From the NCBI GenBank assembly GCA_965248265.1, contig CBDFJF010000002.1, positions 1,792,001 to 1,856,000 of the forward strand: a stretch of DNA of 64,000 nt. The letters are read 5' to 3'. Positions 52,419 to 64,000 of this stretch are shown piece after piece. Both the position numbers and the translations under genes were made by a program. The notes beneath the pieces are model-generated. The model searched no databases, was not told the origin of the DNA, and was given only the letters and a program-made list of their open reading frames with translations. The stretch is from Candidatus Latescibacterota bacterium. Lineage in GTDB: Bacteria; Latescibacterota; UBA2968; UBA8231. Numbering within the stretch: the first letter of the stretch is position 1; the number at the start of each line of letters is the position of its first letter.

Positions 52419-52769
52419 GTGCCCAACGTAGCATTCCTGGAAGCGTTCGCCGACGCGTGGAATCGGCATGATATCGATACCATCATGGCTGCGATGACGG
52501 AGGATTGCGTGTTCGTCACGTCGACGGGCAATCGAATCGAAGGACAGGAAGCTGTTCGAAAGGTCTTCGAACACATAATCGATTCGTACACCGGATTGAC
52601 GTTCAAGAACGCGCGTCACGCCGTCGATGGGGAGCGCGGACTATCGGAGTGGACCTTCAGTGGTGTCGACGTCGAGGACGGGGAGAAGACGGAAATCGAA
52701 GGGTGCGACGTGTTCACCTTCCGTGAGGGGTTGATCGCGCTGAAGAACAGCTACATGAAGCAGAGCTGA
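52419..52769 (+). CDS. SnoaL/NTF2-like protein
   Basis: FADAWNRHDID..MTEDCVF..SEWTFSG..GCDVFTFREGLI..KNSY; AAGGAGG RBS. Confidence 0.88.
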   Translation: MPNVAFLEAFADAWNRHDIDTIMAAMTEDCVFVTSTGNRIEGQEAVRKVFEHIIDSYTGLTFKNARHAVDGERGLSEWTFSGVDVEDGEKTEIEGCDVFTFREGLIALKNSYMKQS

Positions 52770-52803
52770 ACCTGCCTCCCCGCGCACCCTTTACTGCACT
52801 ATC

Positions 52804-53180
52804 ATGAATGATCTGACTGACGCGTACAGCTGGAGCTGTGTGACCTCGGAGGTGCCGTGGTCGCCTCGCGACGGGGCACAGCTCGTCTCCTTCCAGGATA
52901 AGCTCTTCCTGCTGGGTGGCTGGAATCAGTACGCCAGCGATAGGCCCGACCTCGCTGGCGATGGCGTCGGCTCATTTGAGGCGGACGTGTGCTCGGAGGT
53001 GTGGTGCTCGGATGATGATGGCGCTAGCTGGTCGCTGGCGGCCACTGCACCGTGGAGCGGCAGGCACATGCACGGAGCCGTCGTGCACGACGATCACATC
53101 TGGATCGTCGGGGCAGAGAGCGGGACGGATGACGACGTGTGGAAGTCGAAGGACGGCCTGAAATGGGAGCTGGTACAGCA
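52804..53180 (+). pseudogene. Kelch-repeat protein, N-terminal part only
   Basis: PWSPRDG..KLFLLGGWN, APWSGRHMH..IWIVG..DVWKSKDG; character is lost after WELVQQ. Confidence 0.7.
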
Positions 53181-53322
53181 ATCCGACCCATTCGCACCCT
53201 TCGAAACGCCTCTCGACCAACCCAGATTCTCGTTGTACACTACTGATAACCCTTCTTATCGGCCCTATCCTTTGATTTGGATCGCTTCCAGGTTAGCAGG
53301 ATCGATCGAAGGAACTAACCAG

Positions 53323-53599
53323 CTAGCTGAATTGGAACGCGTAAAGGTCGACGTCACGCATGACGAAACGTAGTCGAATAGGTTTTCCGGCTAGTTCGCT
53401 TATGTCTGATTTGCCTTGCCAGGTTACAACTCTGTTGATTTCGTTGGTTGTGTGAATGCGGTCGCAATCTTCGAGTCTGTAGCCAGCTGATCCAGAGAGA
53501 GTGATAGCTCCCAGCTCATCCAGGATCTCCACCCGAAGTTCTCCTACCGCTGACGTGTCCACGTTCAACATTAGCTCGTTTCCATTGAATCTCAGTACT
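53323..53599 (-). pseudogene. C-terminal ~90 codons of a beta-propeller hydrolase-like gene
   Basis: LMLNVDTSAVGELRVEILD...IRLRFVMRDVDLYAFQFS. Confidence 0.8.
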
Positions 53600-53650
53600 T
53601 GAATCGCCCCGGGGTTGCCGGAGGCTCCATTTCTTGAGAGGATTGGAGTC

Positions 53651-54882
<1,232 letters not shown>

Positions 54883-54912
54883 CCGAGTCTCCGAAAAACC
54901 CGGGGCGATTCA

Positions 54913-55518
54913 ATCCCAGAAACCCACGTTCTGCGAGTCGAAACCGCCCTCGGTAATCAGGGGCCTGTCGCTGACGAGCTCCCAGTGCAAGCCATCGGGG
55001 CTCTGCATGCCGTAAAGCCCTGCACCCTCCCCTGTTCCATGACGCCCGAAGGCCTTGTACCTGCTCTCCGGTTTCAGCCCGGGCCTCTCGTCCCTGAAAG
55101 GGGTGAATCCGTGAGTCCCGACCTGGTCCGGGTCCGCCCCGTCCAGGACGATATTGTTCCTCTTCGAGCCATCGATCTCGCAGATGTCCAGTTCGGGTCT
55201 CTCCCACATGATACCGTCCCGGCTCTCGGCGTAGGCGATACGCAGCGGCGTGAGGTCCTCCCTGTACTTGCCGGGACCGTCCTCCGAGAGGACGCCGTGA
55301 TGGGCCTTGTAGTACATCCTGACGACATCACCGTCCGCGAAGGCGGTTACGTATCCCGCGTGATTCCCTTCCCATGGGGCGTCCGTGACCAGTGCCGCTT
55401 CCCGGGGGACGGGCTCATGGAGCCGGTACTCCGCCCTGCCCTTGAGCTCTTCCGCAAGCCATTCGTCGACGAAGAGCTCCAGACGGCTGCCGATGTCCAT
55501 TACTTCCTTCGGTTCCAT
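54913..55518 (-). pseudogene. N-terminal 202 codons of a beta-propeller hydrolase-like gene, cut by IS3
   Basis: IGSRLELFVD, APWEGN, FDSQNVGFWD, then the IS end. Confidence 0.85.
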
Positions 55519-55615
55519 AGTCCCACTTCCTTGCTCATGACGCCCGAGTTTGCGCAGCTCAGCACGGGCAATACGTCCCTACACCAGCACAACCTTCCCT
55601 CCGTACGGTCGTGAG

Positions 55616-56422
55616 TCAGCGAAGCGCGCCACGCGGCTGCAGGGCGTGTTTGCCGAAGATCACGGGGAAAGCGTCGCCGCTCTCGATGCTTCTCGTGCGC
55701 GCGTCCATGTAGGCGATGCTGAAGGCCCGGCGCGGCCTGTCCGTCGCATTGACCCCAGAGCGATGCAGCATCCAGTTGTGGATCAGCACGGCCTCACCCA
55801 CCGGCACTTCGAGGTCAATCACCCGGTCGGGCGAACAGTGCGCCTGCTGTTCTTGCGATGAGGCGAAGTGACTCTCGTTCAGAATCCCCAGCTTATGGCT
55901 ACCGGGCACGATCTGCATACAACCCGTGTCTACAGTCGCATCGTCGAGGGCCGTCCACACGGTCGTCGTCGGGTTCGAATCGATTCCCCATCCTTTGCCC
56001 ACGTCCTGATGCCAGGGAAGCTCCGTGCCTTTGTTGGCCGGTTTGTTCATGAACATCGAGCGAAAGACGGAGACATTGTCACCGATGTAGCGGCGAGTAA
56101 TCTCACGGAAGAGTGGATGCCGCATGTAGGTGAGAAACAGTTCATCGTGATGCAGTTCGTCGACGCGGCGGTAAGACAGGCTGCGCTCTGAAATACCGGC
56201 GGTAGCCTGTGCCAGGATGTAGCTGCTGCTGTCCCCATCCAGCTGAAATTGAATGCCCTCAATAACGACGTTGCCGAGCATCAGATCGTCGATGCGCGTA
56301 CGAAGAGCTGAGAGTTCGCCGTCCGAGAGCAAGCGGCCGAGACGCGCGTAGCCGTCCTGCTCGAACTGCTCGCCTTGCATGTCCGTGAAGGGCGGACAGG
56401 ATGTCGATGCATTCAGCGTCAT
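55616..56422 (-). CDS. Phytanoyl-CoA dioxygenase (PhyH) family protein
   Basis: PWHQD, WTALDDAT..GCMQIVPGSH, LHRSG.N...RRA. Confidence 0.9.
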   Translation of the reverse strand: MTLNASTSCPPFTDMQGEQFEQDGYARLGRLLSDGELSALRTRIDDLMLGNVVIEGIQFQLDGDSSSYILAQATAGISERSLSYRRVDELHHDELFLTYMRHPLFREITRRYIGDNVSVFRSMFMNKPANKGTELPWHQDVGKGWGIDSNPTTTVWTALDDATVDTGCMQIVPGSHKLGILNESHFASSQEQQAHCSPDRVIDLEVPVGEAVLIHNWMLHRSGVNATDRPRRAFSIAYMDARTRSIESGDAFPVIFGKHALQPRGALR

Positions 56423-56464
56423 TCGCGCAAACCTGCCATCGTGCTCATTTCTCGACGGTGACCT

Positions 56465-56880
56465 TCACCTTGCGCTCGGGGCGCCCAGCTCCCGACGCAC
56501 CAGCCGTGTTCCTTCGACCAGGGCGATGAGCTTGGCATAGGCTACATCTCGGTCAAAATACTTGAGTCCGCAGTCGGGTGCCGGTTGCAGCCGCTGGGGT
56601 GACGTGTGCTCCATCGCCCCACGGATGCGCTCGGCCACTGTCTCAGGCGTCTCGATCTGCCGTAACCGCAGCAGATGTGGATGGCCTTCGTAGCCTGGAC
56701 GCCGTCTAGGGCCGCGTTGAAGGCGTCGATCCCGTACTCGAGCGCCTGCTCGGTCCGTGCTTCCATGTAGGGCTCGTCCAACTGGATCACGTCTGCGCCG
56801 GCCGCAGCCAGATCGTGCATTTCCTCGTTGACGGCACGCGCCAGATCCATCGTCAGCCGGCGAGGGTCTCCGTAGTGGTT
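56465..56880 (-). pseudogene. Cobalamin-independent methionine synthase II relic
   Basis: IQLDEP, HICCGYG joined out of frame to IETPETVA..PAPDCGL; no N-terminus. Confidence 0.82.
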
Positions 56881-57087
56881 TATCAGTATCCCTGTTGTTC
56901 CTCAAAGAAGCTTCAGCGATGTGCATTATAAGGCGCTGTAAACGATGGTCCAACCGAGTATTCATTCTCGTCATCACGGCCTGTCGCCGGGACGGGATCT
57001 CTGCTGAAGCACAAGGCGTTGTTGTCGCCGGCCCTCCGATTCACTACAATGCCCAGCGAGTGTGCTGAAGCAAACCGAGGAAAGGCC

Positions 57088-57912
57088 ATGATCAAGCTTG
57101 GATGGTCGACGAGGGCCCCCGAGCCCTCCGGTTACGTGGAACAGATCGAGTTCGCCCGCGAGCTCGGACTCGACATCATCGATTTCCACCTGCAGGGAAT
57201 TCCCAACGATGTGGAGTTCCTGATGGGACTCAAGATGCAGTGCCTGAAGGCTGGCCTGCCCATTGGTTATCTGGGCGCTGGGAGCCTGGCGGGTCCTGTC
57301 GAGTTGAAAGAGGAGCGGCTGGTCAAGGCCAAGGCAGATGTCGATCTGGCCTCGTACCTCGGTGCCCAGATGGTGCGCGTGTTCGCGCGGGGAAAGTGGC
57401 CGGACGAGCCCGCTGAGCAGGAGGCGGTGTGGGGTCCGATGATCGAATCGTTCCAGGAACTGAGTGACTACGCGGCGGAGCGCGGCGTCGTTCTGGGGCT
57501 GCAGAACCACAACCACGGCGGCTGCGCCAGGAACGCCGATCTGGTGCTGAAGATTCTGGCCGACACCGGCCGGCGCAACCTGACCTTCATCATGGACACG
57601 GGCCAGTGGCAGGGTTCGATGGGAGGGTCTCCTCGAGGCTGGATGGATACCGCCGTGGACATCTACAGAGATTACATGGCGCGCACTGCCCAATACACTT
57701 CCAGCGTGCGGGCGAAGATCTACAAGATCGACACCGGTCGTGAAGAGTGGCTGGACTATCCGCGAATCATGAGGATTCTGAATGACGCCGAGTTCAACGG
57801 CAACATCTCCATCTGTCTCGAAGGCCGCGATCGCAACAGCTGCGAGCCGGACGAGTGCCTCAAGTTGGCGGCAGAGTACCTACGCAAGGTGATTGCCGAC
57901 TTCTCCGGATGA
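57088..57912 (+). CDS. Sugar-phosphate isomerase/epimerase (AP-endonuclease-2 TIM barrel)
   Basis: VRVFA, LGLQNHNH, MDTGQW, LDYPRI..FNGNISI. Confidence 0.85.
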   Translation: MIKLGWSTRAPEPSGYVEQIEFARELGLDIIDFHLQGIPNDVEFLMGLKMQCLKAGLPIGYLGAGSLAGPVELKEERLVKAKADVDLASYLGAQMVRVFARGKWPDEPAEQEAVWGPMIESFQELSDYAAERGVVLGLQNHNHGGCARNADLVLKILADTGRRNLTFIMDTGQWQGSMGGSPRGWMDTAVDIYRDYMARTAQYTSSVRAKIYKIDTGREEWLDYPRIMRILNDAEFNGNISICLEGRDRNSCEPDECLKLAAEYLRKVIADFSG

Positions 57913-57937
57913 GGGCCGTCGAGCGGCAGACTCTGAA

Positions 57938-59089
57938 CTATGGCAGCGCCTCCATGAGGCGGTCGATGTCGTCGTGGTTGTTGTACACCGACGGCGACAG
58001 GCGCATCTTGTTGCCGAAGCGCATGGCGATGTGAACGCTGTTGTTCCGGCAGCTGGCCAGGGTTGCATCCGGATCGGGCGCTTCGAAGGCGACAATCGGG
58101 CTCTCGTTCCCCTTGGGGGTTATCGGTTCGAAACCGCGCTGCGGCAACTCTTCCTGCAGGCGCCCCGTCAGTTCCCTCGCATGGCTTCGAATGTTCTCGA
58201 CCCCCAGGTTCAGGATGTATTTGACGCTTTCCCTGGCACAGACGACTCCTTCGTATGAGGGATAGCTGACCTCGTGGGCGCCGATTCCGGTCCGTGGTGA
58301 AAACGAGAGCTCTTCCCCATCCGGATTCGGATTCTCGCTCCACGGCGGGTAGTGATACGAAACCCCCCCGGTGGGCTGGGACGGCTTGAGTACCGTTCCC
58401 TGTAGATCGGAGCGCACGTACAGAAACCCGAAGCCCTTGACACCCATCAGCCACTTGAAGGTCGAGCAGGCAGCGAAGTCGATGCCCATCGCCTTCACGT
58501 CGATCGGAACACCCCCCGCTGCTTGCATGATGTCGACGTAGAGGTACGCGCCGTGGTCGTGGGCGAGCTTTCCCAGGGCGGTCACGTCCGCCAGGTAGCC
58601 GTTGATATTCGACACCAGCGCCACCGAGATGAGGCGGGTGTTGCCATCGACCGCCTGGCACATCGCCTCCATATCGATCTGCCAGTCGCGATTCCTGACG
58701 ACGCGCACGTCGAGGCCTTCCCGCTCGCGAAATTTGTAGTTGCCGACACAGGGGTTGAAGTTCAGATCGGAGATGACCACGTTTCCGCCCTGGAGGTGGT
58801 CATTCAGTCCATTCAGAATATTGCTTTCCGATTCCACAGTACTGCGCGCGTGGGCGATCTCTTCGGGGTCGGCGTTGATGAGCTGGGCAAAGAGGGTTTT
58901 CGCCTCATCCCGTGACCCGGCCCAGTCCGGCCACCAGGGCTCGCCTACATCATGTGTCACCCATTCCACGTAGCGATGCAGGGCTGCAGCCGACTGCACA
59001 CTGATGGGATGCGACGAGGCGTTGTCGAAATAGGCCATCGTACGCGACCTTGGAAAATCCTCCCGCACCGTGTCGAACAGGCCGCTCAT
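57938..59089 (-). CDS. Class V PLP-dependent aminotransferase
   Basis: YFDNAS, VDIMQAAG, CSTFKWLMG, MRLSPSVYN. Confidence 0.88.
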   Translation of the reverse strand: MSGLFDTVREDFPRSRTMAYFDNASSHPISVQSAAALHRYVEWVTHDVGEPWWPDWAGSRDEAKTLFAQLINADPEEIAHARSTVESESNILNGLNDHLQGGNVVISDLNFNPCVGNYKFREREGLDVRVVRNRDWQIDMEAMCQAVDGNTRLISVALVSNINGYLADVTALGKLAHDHGAYLYVDIMQAAGGVPIDVKAMGIDFAACSTFKWLMGVKGFGFLYVRSDLQGTVLKPSQPTGGVSYHYPPWSENPNPDGEELSFSPRTGIGAHEVSYPSYEGVVCARESVKYILNLGVENIRSHARELTGRLQEELPQRGFEPITPKGNESPIVAFEAPDPDATLASCRNNSVHIAMRFGNKMRLSPSVYNNHDDIDRLMEALP

Positions 59090-59203
59090 GTCTGTCGAGT
59101 GCCCAGCGCTCGAGCCGGTTGGTCGTGATCAGCCACCCTGTATTCCCCACAGGTTTTCCTTGAGTCAGCTGTTAATGTTGATTGACGATCAGGTACAGAT
59201 TTC

Positions 59204-59540
59204 ATGACCCACCCTTCACCTCTTTCCTTGAAGGGACTCCTCATCGGAGCGGCCATGAGCCTCGCCGTCGGGCTGGCGGCTCCGTATGGCCTCGCCTTCA
59301 CGTATTTCCGCATCGGATTCAACCCCTCGTCACCGGGCGCCATCTTCCTTTTCCTCGTCCTTCTCCTCGTCAACGTTCTCTTCAGCCTCGTGCGGTGTCA
59401 ATTCACGCTGTCGCGGGCCGATCTCGTGCTCGTCTATTGCATGCTCCTGATGGCGGTCACCACGCCGACCTGGGGGCTCATGTTCTCTGGTGGCCCTTCC
59501 ACCCCCTCGGTTTCGCCCTCAGCGTCGGCTGGCTAACCGG
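59204..59540 (+). pseudogene. Collapsed third DUF6785 transporter
   Basis: N-terminal ~94 codons joined out of frame to the C-terminal WWPFHPLGF motif. Confidence 0.8.
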
Positions 59541-59775
59541 CGATTTCTACATCGCTGATTCAACCGGAGACCTCTACCAGCTGACTATGGTGCCGCCGGA
59601 GGATCGTCCGTCGGAACAGGATTACGTCAACATCTGGCGTTGAGATCGAACCTTCCTTTTCCTTCTCAGTGCCCGTCAGATCCATACTGCGATTCCCGGG
59701 CGCTGCCTGCTAAACGGCACGCCGTGCGGTGACGGCGGCACTATGGGAGATCCCGGTCAACCGGAAAGGCAGAGC

Positions 59776-60831
59776 ATGACCAGATTACCAGAAATTCACG
59801 TCGATTCGGTGCGCAAGATTTTCGACGACGGGAGTCACAACGGGTTTACCGACATGTGCCGTTTCGGCGGCAAGATGTATCTGTGCTTCCGCTCGTGTCC
59901 AGACGGACACATGGTGTTCCCCACCTCCCGCGTCGTCGTCCTCTCCAGCAACGATGGTGTGGACTGGGAGCAGGTGCATGCGTTCAGCGTGCCTGATCGG
60001 GATACGCGCGATCCGAAATTCCTGAGCTTCAAGGACCAACTGTTCGTCTACACCAGCACCTGGTACTGCGGGGATTTGGCGCCAGAGGGGAATTGGAGGC
60101 ACCCCGAAATGAACCAGCAGCTTGGGTATGCAGCGGTAAGCGCCGACGGCAGCACGTGGAGCGAGCCGATCGTACTGGAAGGAACCTACGGGCATTTCAT
60201 CTGGCGGGCGGCAGCGCACGGCGGAACGGCGTACCTGTGTGGCCGACGAAAGCGCGGATTCGTCGAGCTGCAGGACGACGATCGGTCCTTCCACGAATCC
60301 GCTATGCTGGCAAGCGACGACGGGCTCGTCTGGCGGACACACGCTTTTTTTCAAACGACGCACGGAAACGAGACCGCTTTTCTGTTCGAGCCCGACGGTA
60401 GCGTGTTGGCGGTTGCCCGGTGCACGATGGATAACTCACAACTCTGCCGCTCCAACCCGCCGTATTCCGAGTGGGTCCGAACCGACCTGAATTGCTTCAT
60501 CGGCGGCCCGCTGTTGGTCAAATGGGGTGCCCGGTACCTGGTCGGGGGGCGCAAGCCCTTCAAGCCGGTATCTGGCCGGTATCCATTGGGCTTCTACACC
60601 GACACCGATGCCCTACCACCGGACGATCCCCGGACAGTCCTGTACTGGTTGGAAGGCGACCGTCTGGTCGATGCCGCAGAGTTGCCCAGCGGCGGTGACA
60701 ACTCCTATCCCGGGTTCATCGAACTCAGCCCCACGAGGGGGCTACTTTCGTACTATTCCAGTCACGAGGGCAGCCGGTCGGGGGTCGCGCCCTGTTCGAT
60801 CTACCTGGCGGAGCTAAGCTTGAGCGAGTAA
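59776..60831 (+). CDS. Sialidase-like propeller protein
   Basis: HNGFTD, SNDGVDW, DTRDP, GNETA, LPSGGDNSYPG, SYYSSHE. Confidence 0.72.
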   Translation: MTRLPEIHVDSVRKIFDDGSHNGFTDMCRFGGKMYLCFRSCPDGHMVFPTSRVVVLSSNDGVDWEQVHAFSVPDRDTRDPKFLSFKDQLFVYTSTWYCGDLAPEGNWRHPEMNQQLGYAAVSADGSTWSEPIVLEGTYGHFIWRAAAHGGTAYLCGRRKRGFVELQDDDRSFHESAMLASDDGLVWRTHAFFQTTHGNETAFLFEPDGSVLAVARCTMDNSQLCRSNPPYSEWVRTDLNCFIGGPLLVKWGARYLVGGRKPFKPVSGRYPLGFYTDTDALPPDDPRTVLYWLEGDRLVDAAELPSGGDNSYPGFIELSPTRGLLSYYSSHEGSRSGVAPCSIYLAELSLSE

Positions 60832-61154
60832 GGAGGCCAACACATGCGATTCTTTCACCTTATCACACTCGCCGTCTGCTGCCTGGCCGTCCGTCCGGGG
60901 CCTGTCTGGACCCGTGGCCGCCAACTGGATGAGGAGAACGACCGACAGCTCGCCCAACAGCCTGCCACGCTAATCGCACCGCATCTCGCCTTTATCTTGT
61001 TCCTCCCCCGACAATTGCATATACTTTCATTGTGCGTTCGGCTGCATCAACAGACCATCCTCGCGCAGCAAGCCGCAGCCCGGACATTCACAATCCGAGG
61101 GCGCTTGACATGACATATTCGATGCTATCCACCTCCTCCAAATCCTTCTGCCAG

Positions 61155-63152
61155 ATGACGACGGGAATGCTCCTGCTCGTCTCAATCACCCTCGCTCTCA
61201 ATGCGCGCGTCGCTTCGGGTGTGACCATCTACCGCATCGGCCAGCCCTTTTCCGAGGCGGAAAGGGATAGCCTGGAGGGGATCGACATTGAGCTCAGGGA
61301 GCTCGGGTGGTCGGAGAACTCGCAGCTGGAGGACGCCCTCGATCCGGACTCGCTACAGGTCGGTATCCTGCAGCCCAATTTCATCGGGGGAGACCACGAT
61401 ATTGCCTCATCGATATTGGACAGAGGCGGCTGGGTGGTCGCGCAGCGGCGGGCTGGCAAAGGTACCTTCGACCAAACACAAGCAAATGCAATGCTCGATC
61501 AGGATCCGAATACGTATTACTCGTGGCCGGCCCAAACTCAGGCGTACCTCGACCTTCGCGCCTCCTGTTGTAACGACCCTTTTGCAGCGTTGCATGTGAA
61601 TTTCGATCTGGGCGGGCGATTCCACATCACGGAAGTGAGATTCCGGACTCTACCGGACAGCACGAACCACTTCGTGGAGCGATTCAGGTTCGGTGCCGGC
61701 GACGAGGTTATCGATTGCTGTAACTGGACCGGGGATCTCCCGCTTGTTGCGGAGGTGAAAGACAATACCGAACCCGAGGTCATCTTGAAGCTCGATCCTG
61801 GGGTGACGACCAACTTCGTTCAGTTGCTGATCATGCGGAAGACGCCCAAGGAGGTCGGGTTGGCTGCGTTCGAGCTGTACGGAGGAGGGTACGCGAAGCA
61901 GGCCTCGTATGAATCCGACGTCATCGAGCTGGACGACATCGCCAGTCTGGGCGAGATCCGCTGGTCTGGACGGCAGGATCCCCGCGCCCAGGTCGCTATC
62001 CGCACCCGGGCAGGCGCCGACGCGCACCCGGTCATTTTCTGGGAGGTCCGCCGCGCGCAGAATGACCTCGTCCCGTTTCTGCTGGGGGGCGGCGACCTGA
62101 GTATGACGGAGTACAAGAGCCAGTATGACAGACTGCCAAATACTGCCAAACCGGACCCCGAGCCGCCCAAGGACCTCGGCGGCTTCGTGGGCGGCGTACG
62201 GGGGGACCCGATTACTCTCGACACGGAGCACTGGAGCTTCTATTCGCGTCCGTATGCGTTCGGGAATCCCGGGGTCCCTGTCGCATCCCCCGGTCCTCGA
62301 AAGTTCGTCCAGATCAGTGTGGATTTTGCCTCCACCACCGTCGCGGAGGGGGGCAAGCTCGACTACATAGAGTTCAAGGCATCGGTACCGCCGTTGGTCC
62401 GCCGCCTGGTAGGTGAGATTCACCCGATCCTGACCCGGGTGGGCGAAGCGACGCAGTTTACGTATTACCTCAGTCCGACGATCCGTTCCGGCGACAGCAG
62501 CTTCGATGGAGTGGAAATCGCGACGCCTTCAGGGGTGGTGTCGGTCGATTCGCTGCGCATAGCCGGGGAAGACCAGGATTTTTCGTGGACCGAACACGAC
62601 GATGGCCTGGGTTTTCAGCTTCTGCTCCCGCGCCGGCTGGAGTCGACGGACAGCGGCACGCTGGTGGAGGTGGTGTTCACCGCTCCCGTACTCAGAGAAG
62701 CAGGCACCCTGTTTGAAGGCAGGGTGTTCGACACGACCCGGCCGCACGAGGTGCGGCAGCGGGTTGTGCCGGGCAATGCCAACGATGAGGTCGAGGGTGA
62801 TCGCCTGTCGGTCAGTACAGCGCTGAGCGAATCGCTGGTGTTTTCACCTCACGTTTCGCCCAATCCGTTCACGCCGAACGGCGACGGGGTGAACGAGACG
62901 GCGAACGTAGCGTACAAGCTGCTGCGGTTGACCTCAGCAGTACCGGTTTCGCTCGAGATCTACGATCTGTCGGGCAGGCTGGTGAGGCGGGTGTATGAGG
63001 GGGAGGATGCGGTGGGTGAGTACAGCCACGCGTGGGACGGCCGGGACGACGGAGACGAGCTCGTGCCGCCTGGGCTGTATCTGTACCGGCTCGTGGTGGA
63101 CGTACAGTCAGGTAAGGAGACCAACAGCGGCGTCGTCGCGGTGGCCTATTGA
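61155..63152 (+). CDS. Secreted discoidin-like + FlgD-Ig domain protein (paralog of 31860-33785)
   Basis: Shared MTTGM start, DLGGRF, SPGPRKF, PNPFTPNGDGVN..PPGLY..VAY; alternative start at 61110. Confidence 0.82.
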   Translation: MTTGMLLLVSITLALNARVASGVTIYRIGQPFSEAERDSLEGIDIELRELGWSENSQLEDALDPDSLQVGILQPNFIGGDHDIASSILDRGGWVVAQRRAGKGTFDQTQANAMLDQDPNTYYSWPAQTQAYLDLRASCCNDPFAALHVNFDLGGRFHITEVRFRTLPDSTNHFVERFRFGAGDEVIDCCNWTGDLPLVAEVKDNTEPEVILKLDPGVTTNFVQLLIMRKTPKEVGLAAFELYGGGYAKQASYESDVIELDDIASLGEIRWSGRQDPRAQVAIRTRAGADAHPVIFWEVRRAQNDLVPFLLGGGDLSMTEYKSQYDRLPNTAKPDPEPPKDLGGFVGGVRGDPITLDTEHWSFYSRPYAFGNPGVPVASPGPRKFVQISVDFASTTVAEGGKLDYIEFKASVPPLVRRLVGEIHPILTRVGEATQFTYYLSPTIRSGDSSFDGVEIATPSGVVSVDSLRIAGEDQDFSWTEHDDGLGFQLLLPRRLESTDSGTLVEVVFTAPVLREAGTLFEGRVFDTTRPHEVRQRVVPGNANDEVEGDRLSVSTALSESLVFSPHVSPNPFTPNGDGVNETANVAYKLLRLTSAVPVSLEIYDLSGRLVRRVYEGEDAVGEYSHAWDGRDDGDELVPPGLYLYRLVVDVQSGKETNSGVVAVAY

Positions 63153-63255
63153 GGCAAAACAGAGCTCCCCAGCTCCACCCCCGGAGCGCGCGTCAAGGGA
63201 GCAGCACAATCAGATGACAGCCAGATGACAGCGCGGCACGACCGGCGCCGTATGA

Positions 63256-63365
63256 CCAGAAGGTGTCCATCCTGCCATCCATGACGTCGGTGTCGCTCGG
63301 GCGATTGGATCCGGCAGCTAATAATATTCCGCCGCCGAACTCGGCGGCATTGAGGGCGGCGTTGA
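63256..63365 (-). pseudogene. Internal shard of a paralog of 29043-31826
   Basis: NAALNAAEFGGGILLAAGSNRPSDTDVMDGRMDTFW matches 31362-31468 with substitutions and a 3-nt insertion. Confidence 0.85.
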
Positions 63366-64000
63366 GCGGCCCCCGCATGAAAAAACCTGCAGGCTCAGTA
63401 AGAGACCTGCAGGTTCAATAGACACGCCGGCGCACGAGAAGGCACGCCTTGGTAAGATCAGGGCGATCAGGGTGTAGCGGCTTTTACCTGTCCCCAGCTT
63501 TCGTTCTCAACCCCCGTTGGTACCGGCATAGGAATCGCCAGAACCACGGGCGATTGCAGCTCTATTCCTTCCGTTTCACCGAGAGCCTGTACGCCCCACC
63601 TCGTCTCCAACCTGTCGCGGGGCTCGACAAGGGCCTCGAGCACTTCAACCTCCGGGGTGGCCTCAACCCTGGTCCAAGGCATCATTTCGATGCTCCGTTC
63701 ATCCTCCACCACGACGATGTCTCCAGGGACGTCGGCACTGGCCTCCAGCCCAACCGTCTTCTCCCGATAGATGCGATATGCGTTGGCCGCGTCGACCCGG
63801 TTCCAGCGGACGAGAATGGAAGTAGCGTCAAGAGTGCTGACCGTCACTTCAGCCGGCGGAGTTATGGCGTTTGTGGAGACAATCGCGTCGACTCCAGGCA
63901 ATATGAGAATAGCTTCGTCGGCAGTGGCCCCGTCGTGATAGAGACACTCGCCCTCGCCTGCCCATACCGCAGCAGCCAGGACGAAGCAGGCTGCAACTGC
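63366..64000 (-). repeat. Inverted near-identical copy of 34335-34969 (second copy of the FN3/WGQVK gene, stop at 63467, start beyond the window)
   Basis: Reverse-complement match; I noticed one substitution (GTC/GCC near 63927). Confidence 0.93.

Overview
GC-rich bacterial DNA. The gene content (FlgD-Ig-tailed secreted proteins, C-terminal TAVE..WGxxK tails, DUF6785-type transporters, many beta-propeller hydrolases) suggests a Latescibacterota/Poribacteria-like organism; this is inference. About 30 apparently intact genes are present: glycan-active propeller hydrolases and a lyase, secreted sugar-binding proteins, an operon of three FlgD-tailed proteins plus an Asp-rich putative beta-barrel, two DUF6785 transporters, and vapBC. 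Mobile DNA comprises a full IS91/ISCR-type rolling-circle element with five relics, an IS3, and remnants of a group II intron, a serine recombinase, IS110 and an IS1182-like element. The most striking property is that the spaces between intact genes are not ordinary intergenic DNA. They are a patchwork of more than 20 shards (about 45-700 bp) of other genes, many paralogous to genes elsewhere in the window and several collapsed by internal deletions at 3-8 bp microhomologies. I read this as a gene-shuffling/collapsing accessory island, possibly driven by the rolling-circle elements, but amplification or assembly chimerism cannot be excluded without reads. No rRNA, tRNA or CRISPR array was seen. 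All family calls are from motif recognition by eye, not database searches.
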